From assembly GCA_965261735.1 (NCBI GenBank), contig OZ253470.1:3104001-3168000 (forward strand): DNA of 64,000 bases. Reading direction: 5' to 3'. Source of the DNA: Alphaproteobacteria bacterium. GTDB lineage: Bacteria; Pseudomonadota; Alphaproteobacteria; SHVV01. Every line of letters starts with the position of its first letter. The stretch's first letter is position 1. Shown here piece by piece: positions 42,308 through 52,276 of this stretch. The translations under genes and the position numbers were made by a program. The notes below the pieces were generated by a model that ran no database searches, was not told the origin of the DNA, and was given only the letters and a program-made list of their open reading frames with translations.

Positions 42308-43204
42308 TCATGCGCCCGTTCCGGGCTTCGCCCCGCGGCTGGCCAGCCACGTCTCGCAGCAGCCCTTGGCGAGCGCGCGGATGCGGGCGATGTACTGGGC
42401 ACGCTCGGTGACGCTGATGCGCCCGCGGGCATCGAGGAGGTTGAACAGGTGGCTCGCCTTCAAGCACTGATCGTAGGCCGGCAGCGCGAGGTCCGCCCGG
42501 AGCAGCGCGCCGCATTCGTCTTCCGCATCGGCGAAGTGCCGCACCAGCCGGTCCGCGTCCGCATGCTCGAAGTTGAAGGCGGAGAACTCGCGCTCGGACT
42601 GGCGGTACACATCGCCGTAGGTCACGCCCTGGCCGTTCCAGTCGAGATCAAAGACGTTGTCGACCCCCTGGACGTACATCGCCAGGCGCTCGAGCCCGTA
42701 GGTGATCTCGCCCGAGACGATGTCGAGGTCGAGCCCGCCGACCTGCTGGAAATAGGTGAACTGGCTCACCTCCATGCCGTCGCACCACACCTCCCAGCCG
42801 AGCCCCCAGGCGCCCAGCGTGGGGCTCTCCCAGTCGTCCTCGACGAAGCGGATGTCGTGGACACGCGAATCGATACCGAGGTCGTCCAGGCTGTCGAGGT
42901 AGACCTGCTGGATATCCTCAGGTGAGGGCTTGAGGATGACCTGGAATTGGTAGAAGCGCTGCAGGCGGTTGGGGTTGTCGGCATAGCGGCCGTCGGTGGG
43001 GCGGCGCGAGGGCTGCACGTAGGCGGCACGCCAGTGCTCGGGCCCGAGCGCGCGCAGCGTCGTCGCCGGGTGGAAGGTGCCGGCGCCGACCTCGAGGTCA
43101 TAGGGCTGCAACAGTACGCACCCCTGCCCCGCCCAAAACGACTGCAGCTTGAGGATCAGCTCCTGGAACGAGGCGCCGGTGGGCGCGGCGCCAAGCTCGC
43201 TCAC
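42308..43204 (-). CDS. glyQ: Glycine-tRNA ligase alpha subunit
   Basis: [39 protein letters not shown]. Confidence 0.97.
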   Translation of the reverse strand: MSELGAAPTGASFQELILKLQSFWAGQGCVLLQPYDLEVGAGTFHPATTLRALGPEHWRAAYVQPSRRPTDGRYADNPNRLQRFYQFQVILKPSPEDIQQVYLDSLDDLGIDSRVHDIRFVEDDWESPTLGAWGLGWEVWCDGMEVSQFTYFQQVGGLDLDIVSGEITYGLERLAMYVQGVDNVFDLDWNGQGVTYGDVYRQSEREFSAFNFEHADADRLVRHFADAEDECGALLRADLALPAYDQCLKASHLFNLLDARGRISVTERAQYIARIRALAKGCCETWLASRGAKPGTGA

Positions 43205-43422
43205 GCCGAGTAGGGGCAGCCGTCGCGCTCACAAGCGGCGGCGGCCGGCGAGACGTAGGCGCTGCACACGGCGCAGCGCTCGAGGTCTTCCGTGACCGCG
43301 GTTGAGCTCCGGCGGAGCCCGCCGCGGGCGCCCGCGCCTGACGAAAGCGTGCGCGACACCAGGCGGTAGCCGTACAACACGGCGGCGATCACCAGTCCGG
43401 TAAAGATGATCTTCCAGATCAT
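43201..43422 (-). CDS. Small membrane protein with C-terminal Cys motif
   Basis: N-terminal TM segment, CAVCSAYV...CERDGCPY; ATGA overlap with glyQ. Confidence 0.75.
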   Translation of the reverse strand: MIWKIIFTGLVIAAVLYGYRLVSRTLSSGAGARGGLRRSSTAVTEDLERCAVCSAYVSPAAAACERDGCPYSA

Positions 43423-43428
43423 GGTCGA

Positions 43429-43457
43429 GGTTTAGAAGGAAGCTCGCAGGCGGTCAA
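43429..43457 (-). promoter_or_regulatory. Candidate sigma70 promoter giving a leaderless orf-glyQS transcript
   Basis: TTGACC-17 nt-TAAACC, 6 nt before ATG 43422, no SD. Confidence 0.5.
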
Positions 43458-43563
43458 GGAGCGCTCCGTCCTTTTTGGCGACATGGCCCTTATGCCGGGG
43501 CCGACGGCGGGTTCGGTCCCGCGGCCCGGCCGCGCGCGCTCCTAACCTGGCGGGCCGCCTTGC

Positions 43564-43586
43564 TCAGGCGAAGCGATAAACCAGCC
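43564..43586 (-). pseudogene. DHFR/RibD-C-like gene, extreme 3' piece
   Basis: Removing the IS110 element restores ...FPCGVV-RLVYRFA-TGA. Confidence 0.8.
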
Positions 43587-43668
43587 TGATGGTATGGACG
43601 CCCCCTACGGCTTCACGATGAGCCATACTGGAGTGTGTTGAACAACCCAGACAGAGGGAGCGTCCACG

Positions 43669-44688
43669 ATGGATATTACGACAATTGGGTTTGATCTGGC
43701 AAAGACGGTGTTCCAGGTTCACGGTGCTGATGGTGAGGGACGACCGGTACTACGGCGGAAGCTGCGCCGCGGGAAGGTGCTGGCGTTCTTCGCCGGATTG
43801 CCATCCTGTCTTGTCGGTATGGAAGCCTGTGCCTCTGCGCACTATTGGGCTCGGGAACTGCAAGCACACGGGCACAAAGTTCAGCTGATTCCGCCTCAAT
43901 ACGTTCGTCCCTTCGTCAAAACGAATAAGAACGACGCAGCGGATGCGGAAGCGATCTGTGAGGCAGTGACGCGTCCGACGATGCGCTTTGCACCGGCGAA
44001 AAGCGCCGAGCAGCAGTCGGTTCTGATGCTGCACCGGGCCCGAGAGCTGTTGGTCCGTCAACGCACGATGGTGATCAATGCGCTTCGCGGCCACTGTGCG
44101 GAGTTCGGACTGATCGTCGCTCAGGGGGCGTCGAAGGTGGAGGAACTGGTTGCCATTATCGAAGATCCCGGCGATGTGCGACTGCCGCCTCTGGCACGCG
44201 AGGCGCTTGGCTCTCTGGTTGAGCAGCTCCGTTCTGCTCAGGCCCGGATCAAGCAGCTGGAAGTGACGCTTTTGGCATGGCACCGCTCCAACGAGGCGAG
44301 CCGCCGTCTTGCGACGATCCCCGGCGTCGGTGTCATCACCGCGACGGCGCTGGTCGCGACGATCGGCGATGGCGCACAGTTCCGCTCGGGCCGACAGCTT
44401 TCGGCCTGGCTCGGTCTCGTGCCCCGGCAGCACTCGAGTGGCGGCAAGGATAGACTGGGACGGATATCGAAGCGCGGGGATGGCTATATCAGGCGCTTGC
44501 TCGTGCATGGTGCGCGAACCGTGCTGCGCTGGCGCCGCGCCAAGCCGGGCACGGGGCCTGGCTGGACCGACCGGCTCCTGGCGCGGCGGCCGACAAACGT
44601 GGTGCTGGTCGCCATGGCCAATAAGGCAGCCCGTGTCGCCTGGGCACTGCTCAGGTACGAGCGTATCTACCGACCGACGCCGGCATAG
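43669..44688 (+). CDS. IS110 DEDD recombinase/transposase
   Basis: GFDLAK, GMEAC, KNDAADAEAI, IPGVG, HSSGGK. Confidence 0.95.
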   Translation: MDITTIGFDLAKTVFQVHGADGEGRPVLRRKLRRGKVLAFFAGLPSCLVGMEACASAHYWARELQAHGHKVQLIPPQYVRPFVKTNKNDAADAEAICEAVTRPTMRFAPAKSAEQQSVLMLHRARELLVRQRTMVINALRGHCAEFGLIVAQGASKVEELVAIIEDPGDVRLPPLAREALGSLVEQLRSAQARIKQLEVTLLAWHRSNEASRRLATIPGVGVITATALVATIGDGAQFRSGRQLSAWLGLVPRQHSSGGKDRLGRISKRGDGYIRRLLVHGARTVLRWRRAKPGTGPGWTDRLLARRPTNVVLVAMANKAARVAWALLRYERIYRPTPA

Positions 44689-44744
44689 CCAGCTGGCAAA
44701 CCGGGATCAAATTGCGAGGGTGACGACGATTTGATGGCGAAACA

Positions 44745-44890
44745 GGGTTCCACCCGAGATCGGCCAAACCCGAGGCATTGTCCGAGCATCAAGCTCGTTA
44801 GTCTGACTGGGCGTCGATCTTTCGGATTCCATCAGGGCCAGCGGTCAGCGTACCGCAGCGAAAAGGCCGGATACATGACTGCAAGCTCTA
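44745..44890 (+). ncRNA. Predicted bridge/seek RNA (boundaries approximate)
   Basis: Two internal loops carrying target-matching (44778-44782, 44798-44807) and donor-matching (44829-44834, 44871-44878) segments. Confidence 0.7.
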
Positions 44891-44940
44891 CCGCCGATTC
44901 AAATCGGTTTTCCCCTTGCAACACCGGGGGCGTCCATACA

Positions 44941-45220
44941 TGACAACGCCACAGGGAAACGACTGGGTTTCTTCCAAGCTCAGCCGCGCGTGGCGCGGGG
45001 ACCTCTCGAAAAGGGGCAGGCCGCTACCAATCAGCACGGGAATCACAAATAGCTCTATCCGATCGACGGCGTCATGGTCGAGGAATGCTCGGATTGTCTT
45101 CGCTCCACCAACGATCCAGACGTCTTCGCCGAGAGCTTTGAGTCGGCTCACCAGAGCCTGAATGCCGTCGTCCGATACTTCCGTATTCTCGGGAGGTGAC
45201 CCGATAGCTCGAGAAGAAAG
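44941..45220 (-). pseudogene. DHFR/RibD-C-like gene, middle piece
   Basis: LSSRAIG...DVWIVGGAKT...IPVLIGSGLPLF. Confidence 0.85.
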
Positions 45221-46325
45221 CTTGCCTATCCGGTTAACGCCCATGACCGCTACATGTAGGGTGCCGCCACTCTCCCGAGTAAAGCTCGGCATAGGTTGGA
45301 GCAGAGGTGTCGCCCGCGATGCCGAGCAATGAGCGGAAGGCGTTGAACGGGTAGAACCGCCTGTTGAAGCGGAAGGTGAACTCGTTGAGGTAGGCTTGTA
45401 GGTGCTGGTGGCTAACGCCGTGGTGGATACCGATCAGCCACGTCTTCAGGTTGGCGAAAACCAGATGGATGATCGGCAGGTATTGCTCGGCAACCTCTGG
45501 ATCACCACACTCGGCAACAGCGAAGTGCTCATAGCCGCGCTTACCGAGGCCAGCATAGCCGCTCCAATCGTCAGTAACGATCAGCGATCGCGGCGCGACG
45601 GTGCTCTCGACGAACCCACAGAGCGACTCGGCGCTACGGTCGAGCACGACGGCGAGCCGAACGCGTCCGGCATAGCGTCCGTCTTTCCGGTTGTCGAGCT
45701 TGGTGCCCGGCTTTCGATGACGCACCTCGATGGCACAGGAGACGGGAACCTTGTGGTGAACACCACGGCCTTCCCCACGCGTTCGCCCGCCAACCCAGGT
45801 TTCGTCCACCTCAACATGGTTCTTGGGCTGTCCACCGATCCTGTCTTGGTTGGGCCGCACCATGCCCGAGCGGAGCTTGTGGAGAATTTGAAAGGCCGTC
45901 TCGTAGCGCGAAAGACCAAGTTGCCGCTGAAACTGCACGGCGGACATGCCGGGCGTCTGACTGGCGACCAGATAAGCGGCCCAGAACCAGACGTTCAGCG
46001 GAGTGTGGCTACGCTCCATCACTGTTCCCACCGTCAGCCCGGTGTTCTGGCGGCACTTGCGGCAGCGCAGGACGCCAGGGCGGTTTTCAAAGTGGAACGG
46101 CTCTCCCGCCGTGCCGCAGTGCGGGCAGGCAAAGCCGTCTCCCCAGCGGGCTTTCTCCAGGTAGGCGGCGCAGGCCGCATCATCGGGGAAAAGTCGCTGG
46201 AACTCGGGTAGCGAATGCGGGAATGGGAGATCGGCGCGGTCGAGAACATCCATGGCGCGCTCCCCTATATCCGGGTTGCGCCCATTCTAGCCCTAGTGGG
46301 TGTGGGTGTAACCCGGATAGCCAAG
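45221..46325 (-). mobile_element. IS1595 element, copy 2 (inverted, 1105 bp)
   Basis: Same ends as copy 1 with one change in the left IR; its flanks match those of copy 3, not each other. Confidence 0.95.
45234..46253 (-). CDS. IS1595 family transposase
   Basis: Translation identical to 9858..10877. Confidence 0.95.
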   Translation of the reverse strand: MDVLDRADLPFPHSLPEFQRLFPDDAACAAYLEKARWGDGFACPHCGTAGEPFHFENRPGVLRCRKCRQNTGLTVGTVMERSHTPLNVWFWAAYLVASQTPGMSAVQFQRQLGLSRYETAFQILHKLRSGMVRPNQDRIGGQPKNHVEVDETWVGGRTRGEGRGVHHKVPVSCAIEVRHRKPGTKLDNRKDGRYAGRVRLAVVLDRSAESLCGFVESTVAPRSLIVTDDWSGYAGLGKRGYEHFAVAECGDPEVAEQYLPIIHLVFANLKTWLIGIHHGVSHQHLQAYLNEFTFRFNRRFYPFNAFRSLLGIAGDTSAPTYAELYSGEWRHPTCSGHGR

Positions 46326-47175
46326 GATCATTCTGGTGCCGCTCGCCGGCGTCGGCGACGCCACCGCGCAGCTCGAGACGGCGCTCAGTGTCGGTCGCGC
46401 TCACGATGCTCATGTCGAAGGCTTTCACGTCAGCCTAGATCCGCGCGAGGGCGTGGCTTTCGTCGGCGAGGGCATGACGAGTGCGATGGTGGAAGACGTC
46501 ATGGCGGCGACCGAGGCCGAGACAAGATCGCGCCTCGAGCGCGCCCGCGCCGTCTTCGACGAGACCTATAAGCGCCTTGACGTGAAGATTTCCGAGTCGC
46601 CAACGCCGTCCTTCTCGGCGAGTTTCAGCACCGCGACCGGGCGCGAATACGACCTCGTGGCGCGGCGTGGGCGCTTAACCGACCTGGTCGTCGCCGGGCG
46701 GCCGGCGGGCGAGGAAGAGGCGGCGGCTCAGGCCGTCCTCGAGGTCGCCCTCATGGAGACCGCGCGCCCGCTCCTCATCGCGCCACCGACGGCGGCCAAA
46801 ACGTTCGGCCGTTCCGTGATCATCGCCTGGAACGGCAGCGTCGAGGCGATACGCGCCGTCAGCAGCGCGTTGCCGTACCTGACGCGGGCCGAGAGTGTGA
46901 TCATCCTGGTCATCGGCGAGGGCGATCGCCCGCCTGCACTACCCGACGACCTCAAGACCTATTTCGCTTGGCACGGCATCGCCGCGACGGGCAAGCAAGT
47001 GGCGGCGGAATCCGCCCCGGTCGGTGCGCGCCTGCTCGAGGAGGCCGACGCCGCTGGCGCCGATCTCCTCGTCATGGGCGGCTACACGCACAGCCGCCTG
47101 CGTCAGCTCATCTTCGGCGGCGTCACGAGCCACGTCCTGCACCACGCCGAACTCCCTGTGCTCATGGCCCACTAG
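46326..47175 (+). pseudogene. Universal stress protein lacking its first codons
   Basis: IILVPL, DLVVAG, IAWNGS.EA.RA, DLLVMGGYTHSRLRQLIFGGVT; start lies at 62707. Confidence 0.85.
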
Positions 47176-47251
47176 GGGCCAGCTGAACCGTTGCCGGTGT
47201 CGCTCGTCGGGGAGCGCGCTAGCGGCCGGAGCCCGCTCGCCACCGCCGCCG

Positions 47252-48640
47252 CTACGCGGCCTCGCGCAGGCGGTTTTGTGCGACCCAGGCCTCGCCGGCG
47301 TCGAGGGCGCGACCGACGCGGTCGAACAGCTCGTCGATCTCGGCTTCCGTAATGATCAGGGGCGGGCAGAAGGCGATCGTATCCTGGAGCGCTCGGATGA
47401 TGAGGCCCTCGCCCTTGGCGTGCTCGGCGACGCGGCCACCCACCAGATGCGCGGGCTCGAAGGAGCGCTTGGTCGCCTTGTCGGCGACCAGCTCCAACGC
47501 GCCGATGAGGCCAACGCCGCGAGCTTCACCGACCAGCGGGTGGTCGGTGAGGGCGCGGAGCCGGCGCTGGAAATGGGGGGCGATGCGCTGGACGTGGCCG
47601 AGCACGTCGCGCTCCTCGTAGAGCTCGAGCGTGCGCAGCGCCACCGCGGCGGGTACCGGATGGCCGGAGTAGGTGAAGCCGTGGGCGAAGGTGCCGATCT
47701 TCCGGCTCTCAGCCACCATGGCCTCATAGATGGCCTCCGACAGGAGCACCGCCGAGATCGGTAAATAGGCCGACGACAACGCCTTGGCGACGGTAATGGC
47801 ATCGGGAGCGAGGCCGTACGCCTGGGCGCCCCACAGCGTGCCGATGCGGCCGAAGCCGGTGATGACCTCGTCGTCGAGCAACATCACGTCGTAGCGCTTG
47901 AGCACCGCTTGGACCTTGTCGAAATAAGTCGCCGGCGGGACGATGACGCCGCCGGCTCCCATCACCGGCTCGGCGATGAAGGCCGCAACCGTCTCCGGAT
48001 CCTCGTCGAGGATGAGCTGCTCTAGGCGGTCGGCGAGCCGCGTCGCAAATTCCTCCTCCGATTCGCCGGGCTCGGCGAAGCGGTAATGGTGCGGGCAGTC
48101 GGTATGCAGGATGTTCGCGATGGGGAGGTCGAAGTCGCGGTGGTTGGTGGCAATGCCGGTGAGGCTGGCGGCGGCGATGGTGACGCCGTGGTAGGCGCGG
48201 ATGCGCGAGATGATCTTTTTCTTCCGCGGCCGGCCGAGCGCGTTGTTCACGTACCAGACGATCTTGATCAGGCTGTCGTTGGCCTCGGAGCCGGAGTTGG
48301 CGAAGAACACCTTCGACATCGGTACCGGCGCGAGCGCGATCAGCTTTTCGGCAAGGTCGATCACCGGTAGCACCGACTTGTGAAAGAAGCCGTGGTACGA
48401 CGGCAGGGCGCGCATCTGGCGTACGGCGGCCTCGATGAGCTCGTCCTCGCCGAAGCCGAGCGAGGTGCACCACAGGCCTGACATGCCCTCGATATATTCC
48501 TTGCCATCGTCGTCGTAGACGTAAACGCCCTTGCCGGAGGTCACGATGTGGGGCTCGACCTCGGGGTGCAGCGCGAGGTTCGTGAAGGGATGGATGTTGT
48601 TCCGGATGTCGCGGCTCGCGGCCGAGTTCGGTTCTGTCAT
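47252..48640 (-). CDS. Class III PLP omega-aminotransferase
   Basis: SGLWC, NSGSEAND, DEVITGFGR, AKALSS, HGFTYSGHP. Confidence 0.9.
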   Translation of the reverse strand: MTEPNSAASRDIRNNIHPFTNLALHPEVEPHIVTSGKGVYVYDDDGKEYIEGMSGLWCTSLGFGEDELIEAAVRQMRALPSYHGFFHKSVLPVIDLAEKLIALAPVPMSKVFFANSGSEANDSLIKIVWYVNNALGRPRKKKIISRIRAYHGVTIAAASLTGIATNHRDFDLPIANILHTDCPHHYRFAEPGESEEEFATRLADRLEQLILDEDPETVAAFIAEPVMGAGGVIVPPATYFDKVQAVLKRYDVMLLDDEVITGFGRIGTLWGAQAYGLAPDAITVAKALSSAYLPISAVLLSEAIYEAMVAESRKIGTFAHGFTYSGHPVPAAVALRTLELYEERDVLGHVQRIAPHFQRRLRALTDHPLVGEARGVGLIGALELVADKATKRSFEPAHLVGGRVAEHAKGEGLIIRALQDTIAFCPPLIITEAEIDELFDRVGRALDAGEAWVAQNRLREAA

Positions 48641-48846
48641 GGCCTCCGCCGCCGTGGGGTCATCCCGCCAACCCACTGACGCGGGCCGTGGGCACCGGTT
48701 TTGAGCGACGCCCCCCTAATGTGGTGACGCCCGCGCGCGGTTGCCAGCGCCGCCGCGCGACCGGGCCTCGCGCCCGCTTTGACCGCGCCCGAGGCCCGGT
48801 CGTAGACTTGCAGGCGGGATCATAGTCGAGCATCGGGAGTACGACC

Positions 48847-50481
48847 ATGCGTGGCCTCATCATGGACCGGCCGTTGCTGATTTCGGCGCTGCTCGAGTAC
48901 GCGGCCGACTATCACGGCGAGCGCGAGATCGTGTCGCGGACGGTGGAAGGGCCGATTCACCGTTACACCTACGCCGACGCCCATCGCCGCGCGCAGCAGC
49001 TCGCCCATGCCTTGGCCGGCCTCGGCGTCGCCCAAGGCGATCGCATCGCGACCTTCGCCTGGAACGGCTACCGCCACCTCGAGATCTACTATGCCGTCTC
49101 CGGCATGGGCGCCGTCTGTCACACCGTGAACCCGCGCCTGTTCCCCGACCAGCTCGTCTACATCGTCAATCACGCCGAGGACTCTTACGTCTTCCTCGAC
49201 CTCACCTTCGTGCCGCTCGTGGAGCAGTTGGCAGACAAGCTGGAATCGGTGAAGGGCTTCATCATCATGACCGACGAAGCCCATATGCCCGAGACCAAGC
49301 TCAAGGGCGCCCTGTGCTACGAGACCCTCATTACCGGCGAGCCCGAGACTTACGAGTGGCCCCTGCTCGACGAATGGACGGCGTCCTCGCTGTGCTACAC
49401 CTCGGGCACCACCGGCAACCCCAAGGGCGCCCTCTACTGTCATCGCTCGACCGTGCTCCACTCGTTCGCCTGCTGCACCACGGACGTGATGGGGCTCGCC
49501 AGTACCGAGGTCGTGCTTCCGGTGGTGCCCATGTTTCACGCCAACGCCTGGGGCATCGCCTATGCGGCGCCGATGTCGGGGGCCAAGCTCGTCTTCCCCG
49601 GCGCCGCGCTCGATGGCGCCAGCGTTCACGAGCTGCTCGAGCAGGAGGGCGTGACCATGACCGCGGGCGTACCCACCGTGTGGTTCATGCTGCTCGACTA
49701 CATGAAGAAGAACGACAAGCGGTTCTCGAGCCTCGAGCGCGTCATCTGCGGCGGCTCGGCGATGCCGCGCTCGATGATCGAGGCCTTCGAGAACGACTAT
49801 GGGGTGAGGGCGATCCACGCCTGGGGCATGACCGAGATGAGCCCGCTCGGTACGATCGGAGCGCTCAAGGCGGGCATGGACACGTGGCCCGAGGCGCAGC
49901 GCATCGACGTCCAGGTCAAACAGGGGCGCGCGCTCTACGGCGTCGAGATGAAGATCGTCGACGACGACGGCGCCGAGGTGGCGCGCGACGGGATCGCCTT
50001 CGGCCACCTCAAGGTGCGCGGGCCATGGATTTCATCCGGATACTTCAAGGGCGCGGGCGGCGACATCCTCGATGAGGGCGGCTGGTTCTCCACGGGCGAC
50101 GTGGCGACCCTCGATGCGGCCGGCTACATGCACATCACCGACCGCGAGAAGGACGTGATCAAGTCGGGCGGGGAATGGATTAGCTCGATCGCGCTCGAGA
50201 ACACGGCGGTCGCCCACACGGACGTCAAGGAGGCCTGCGTCATCGGTGTGGCGCACCGCAAATGGGGCGAGCGGCCGCTGCTGCTGATCGTGCCGGCGGA
50301 GGGCGCGAGCCCGACCAAGGAGAGCCTGCTCGGCTTCCTCGAGGGCAAGATCGCCAAGTGGTGGATGCCCGACGACGTCCTGCTCGTCGATGAGTTGCCG
50401 CACACGGCGACCGGCAAGCTCCTCAAGGCGCAACTGCGCGAGGAGTACGGCGACTACCTGCTCTCGCGCGAGGCCGGCTAG
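48847..50481 (+). CDS. Fatty acid/methylmercaptopropionate-CoA ligase (DmdB-like)
   Basis: [47 protein letters not shown]. Confidence 0.8.
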   Translation: MRGLIMDRPLLISALLEYAADYHGEREIVSRTVEGPIHRYTYADAHRRAQQLAHALAGLGVAQGDRIATFAWNGYRHLEIYYAVSGMGAVCHTVNPRLFPDQLVYIVNHAEDSYVFLDLTFVPLVEQLADKLESVKGFIIMTDEAHMPETKLKGALCYETLITGEPETYEWPLLDEWTASSLCYTSGTTGNPKGALYCHRSTVLHSFACCTTDVMGLASTEVVLPVVPMFHANAWGIAYAAPMSGAKLVFPGAALDGASVHELLEQEGVTMTAGVPTVWFMLLDYMKKNDKRFSSLERVICGGSAMPRSMIEAFENDYGVRAIHAWGMTEMSPLGTIGALKAGMDTWPEAQRIDVQVKQGRALYGVEMKIVDDDGAEVARDGIAFGHLKVRGPWISSGYFKGAGGDILDEGGWFSTGDVATLDAAGYMHITDREKDVIKSGGEWISSIALENTAVAHTDVKEACVIGVAHRKWGERPLLLIVPAEGASPTKESLLGFLEGKIAKWWMPDDVLLVDELPHTATGKLLKAQLREEYGDYLLSREAG

Positions 50482-51389
50482 CGCCGCTCCCCAGTCAGGC
50501 GATAGCGCGCGCCGACGGCGGGTTGCGCGTGGCAGGCCACGACACGTGACTCGATGAGGACGACCAAGTGGGCCAGCACCGAACGTTGGGCCGCCGCGTG
50601 CAGCGGCTTTGCGAGACCGACATACATGCGCTCGACCATCGCCGGGATGCGCTCGATCCCGGCCTCGAGGCAGGCGATGATCTGCATTTCACGTTCTTCA
50701 CGGTGGGCGAGGAAGGCGGCTACGTGCCGCGAGGGCTCGGTGATCGCTGGCCCGTGCGTCGGCCAATAGATGCGGTCTGAGCGGGCGAGGCAGCGGCGCA
50801 GGCTCTTCATGTAGGCGGCCATGTCGCCGTCAGGCGGCGCGATCACCGAGGTCGACCACCCCATGACGTGATCGCCGCTGAAGAGCGCGCCTTCCTCGGC
50901 CAGGGCGTAGCACAGGTGGTTGGATGTGTGGCCCGGCGTATGCACCGCTTCGAAGGTCCAGCCGGGCCCTTTGATGCGTGCCCCGTCAGCGAGCGCGACA
51001 TTGGGGACGAAGTCGCGGTCGGCCCCTTCCTCGACCTCGCCTCCCGCTCCCCGCCGCGCCCCACCGTGGGGGCCGAAGCCGTAGGTCGGTGCGCCGGTCG
51101 CACCGTGCAGCGCGGCGGCGGCCGGCGAGTGGTCGCGGTGGGTATGGGTGATCAGGAGGTGACTGATGGTCTCGCCGTGCAGCGCGGCGAGGATCGCCTC
51201 GACGTGCGCGGGCAGGGCGGGGCCCGGGTCGATCACGGCAACGGTGCCGTGCCCGATAATGTAGGTCCCGGTGCCGTAAAAGGTGAAGGGGCTCGGGTTG
51301 TGCGCGACGATGCGCCGGATCAGCGGTGAGACCTGCGCCGCGACGCCGTAATCGAAGGCCAGGTCCCTGACGAATGGAATGCTCGCCAT
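50478..51389 (-). CDS. MBL-fold hydrolase
   Basis: [30 protein letters not shown]. Confidence 0.9.
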   Translation of the reverse strand: MASIPFVRDLAFDYGVAAQVSPLIRRIVAHNPSPFTFYGTGTYIIGHGTVAVIDPGPALPAHVEAILAALHGETISHLLITHTHRDHSPAAAALHGATGAPTYGFGPHGGARRGAGGEVEEGADRDFVPNVALADGARIKGPGWTFEAVHTPGHTSNHLCYALAEEGALFSGDHVMGWSTSVIAPPDGDMAAYMKSLRRCLARSDRIYWPTHGPAITEPSRHVAAFLAHREEREMQIIACLEAGIERIPAMVERMYVGLAKPLHAAAQRSVLAHLVVLIESRVVACHAQPAVGARYRLTGERR

Positions 51390-51420
51390 CGCAGCCACTG
51401 ATGGCCCTGGGAGCTCGCGC

Positions 51421-51852
51421 CTACTGGATCCGGGTCCAGGTCTGGGTCTTGCAGAAGAACAGGACGCAGCCCTTCACTTTCAGGGTGCTCTCGTCCGCGA
51501 GGTTCATTTTCGATTTGTAGGTCTTGCCGTCCTCGGGATTGTAGATCTTACCGCCATCCCAGGCCTGCTCGCCTTTCGCCTTGAAGCCGTTGAGGAGCGG
51601 CAACCCGACGATGGGGCGGGCGCGCAGCGCCTCCTTCTCGTTCTCGACGTCGAGCTTGGCCGAACCGTCGGCGTTGGTCGGTTCCTTGAGCCATACGATC
51701 GTGCCACACAGTTGTTCTCCGCAGGAGACGATCTCGACGTGAGATTTTCCGTCCACGGTCAGCCATTTGCCGACCGCGTCGGACGCGGCGGCGGTGGTCG
51801 CGAAACACGCGAGAGCCGCGGCCGCGCACAGACCACACCATTTATCGAACAT
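51421..51852 (-). CDS. DUF2147 family secreted protein
   Basis: GKWLT, LCGTIVW, GKIYNPEDGKTY, CKTQTWTR. Confidence 0.85.
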   Translation of the reverse strand: MFDKWCGLCAAAALACFATTAAASDAVGKWLTVDGKSHVEIVSCGEQLCGTIVWLKEPTNADGSAKLDVENEKEALRARPIVGLPLLNGFKAKGEQAWDGGKIYNPEDGKTYKSKMNLADESTLKVKGCVLFFCKTQTWTRIQ

Positions 51853-52276
51853 GCTGGCCTCCAGAATTAGCGGCCACAGCTTGGCAGAATTGGAGGCCTC
51901 GCGAAAGTGAGACGGCGCGATGCTGGACACTAGCGAATCCGACGAGTCGCCGAGCGAACCCGCACGTAGCTCGTGACCGCGTAGGCCACGAGCACGGCGA
52001 GCGCGATTCTGCCGCGCCAGGCTGGGCCGAGGACCGGCGCCTTGGCGGCCGGTCGGGCCGCCGGCGCGCGGGCGCCCGGCCCCATGGTGACGAGGTTGCC
52101 CAATCCCCAGATCATGACCGAACGATAGCGAAGCGGCAGGTTGGCGGCAGTGACGGCGGTCACCGGCGAGGTCCGATGCGTTATACCGTGAGGCCCGCCT
52201 TACGCAGTCCCTCGACGTAGAGGTCGAGGCCCCTTGCCCCCGCTGTTCGGCATTGCCCCCGGCTGCGTTGCTCAGC

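Larger units (their letters stand above)
43587..44940 (+). mobile_element. IS110 family, IS1111-group element (1354 bp)
   Basis: Sub-terminal IRs ATGGACGCCCCC/GGGGGCGTCCAT, 7 nt from the left end and 3 nt from the right end; long 3' non-coding end; TGA core at both junctions. Confidence 0.92.
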
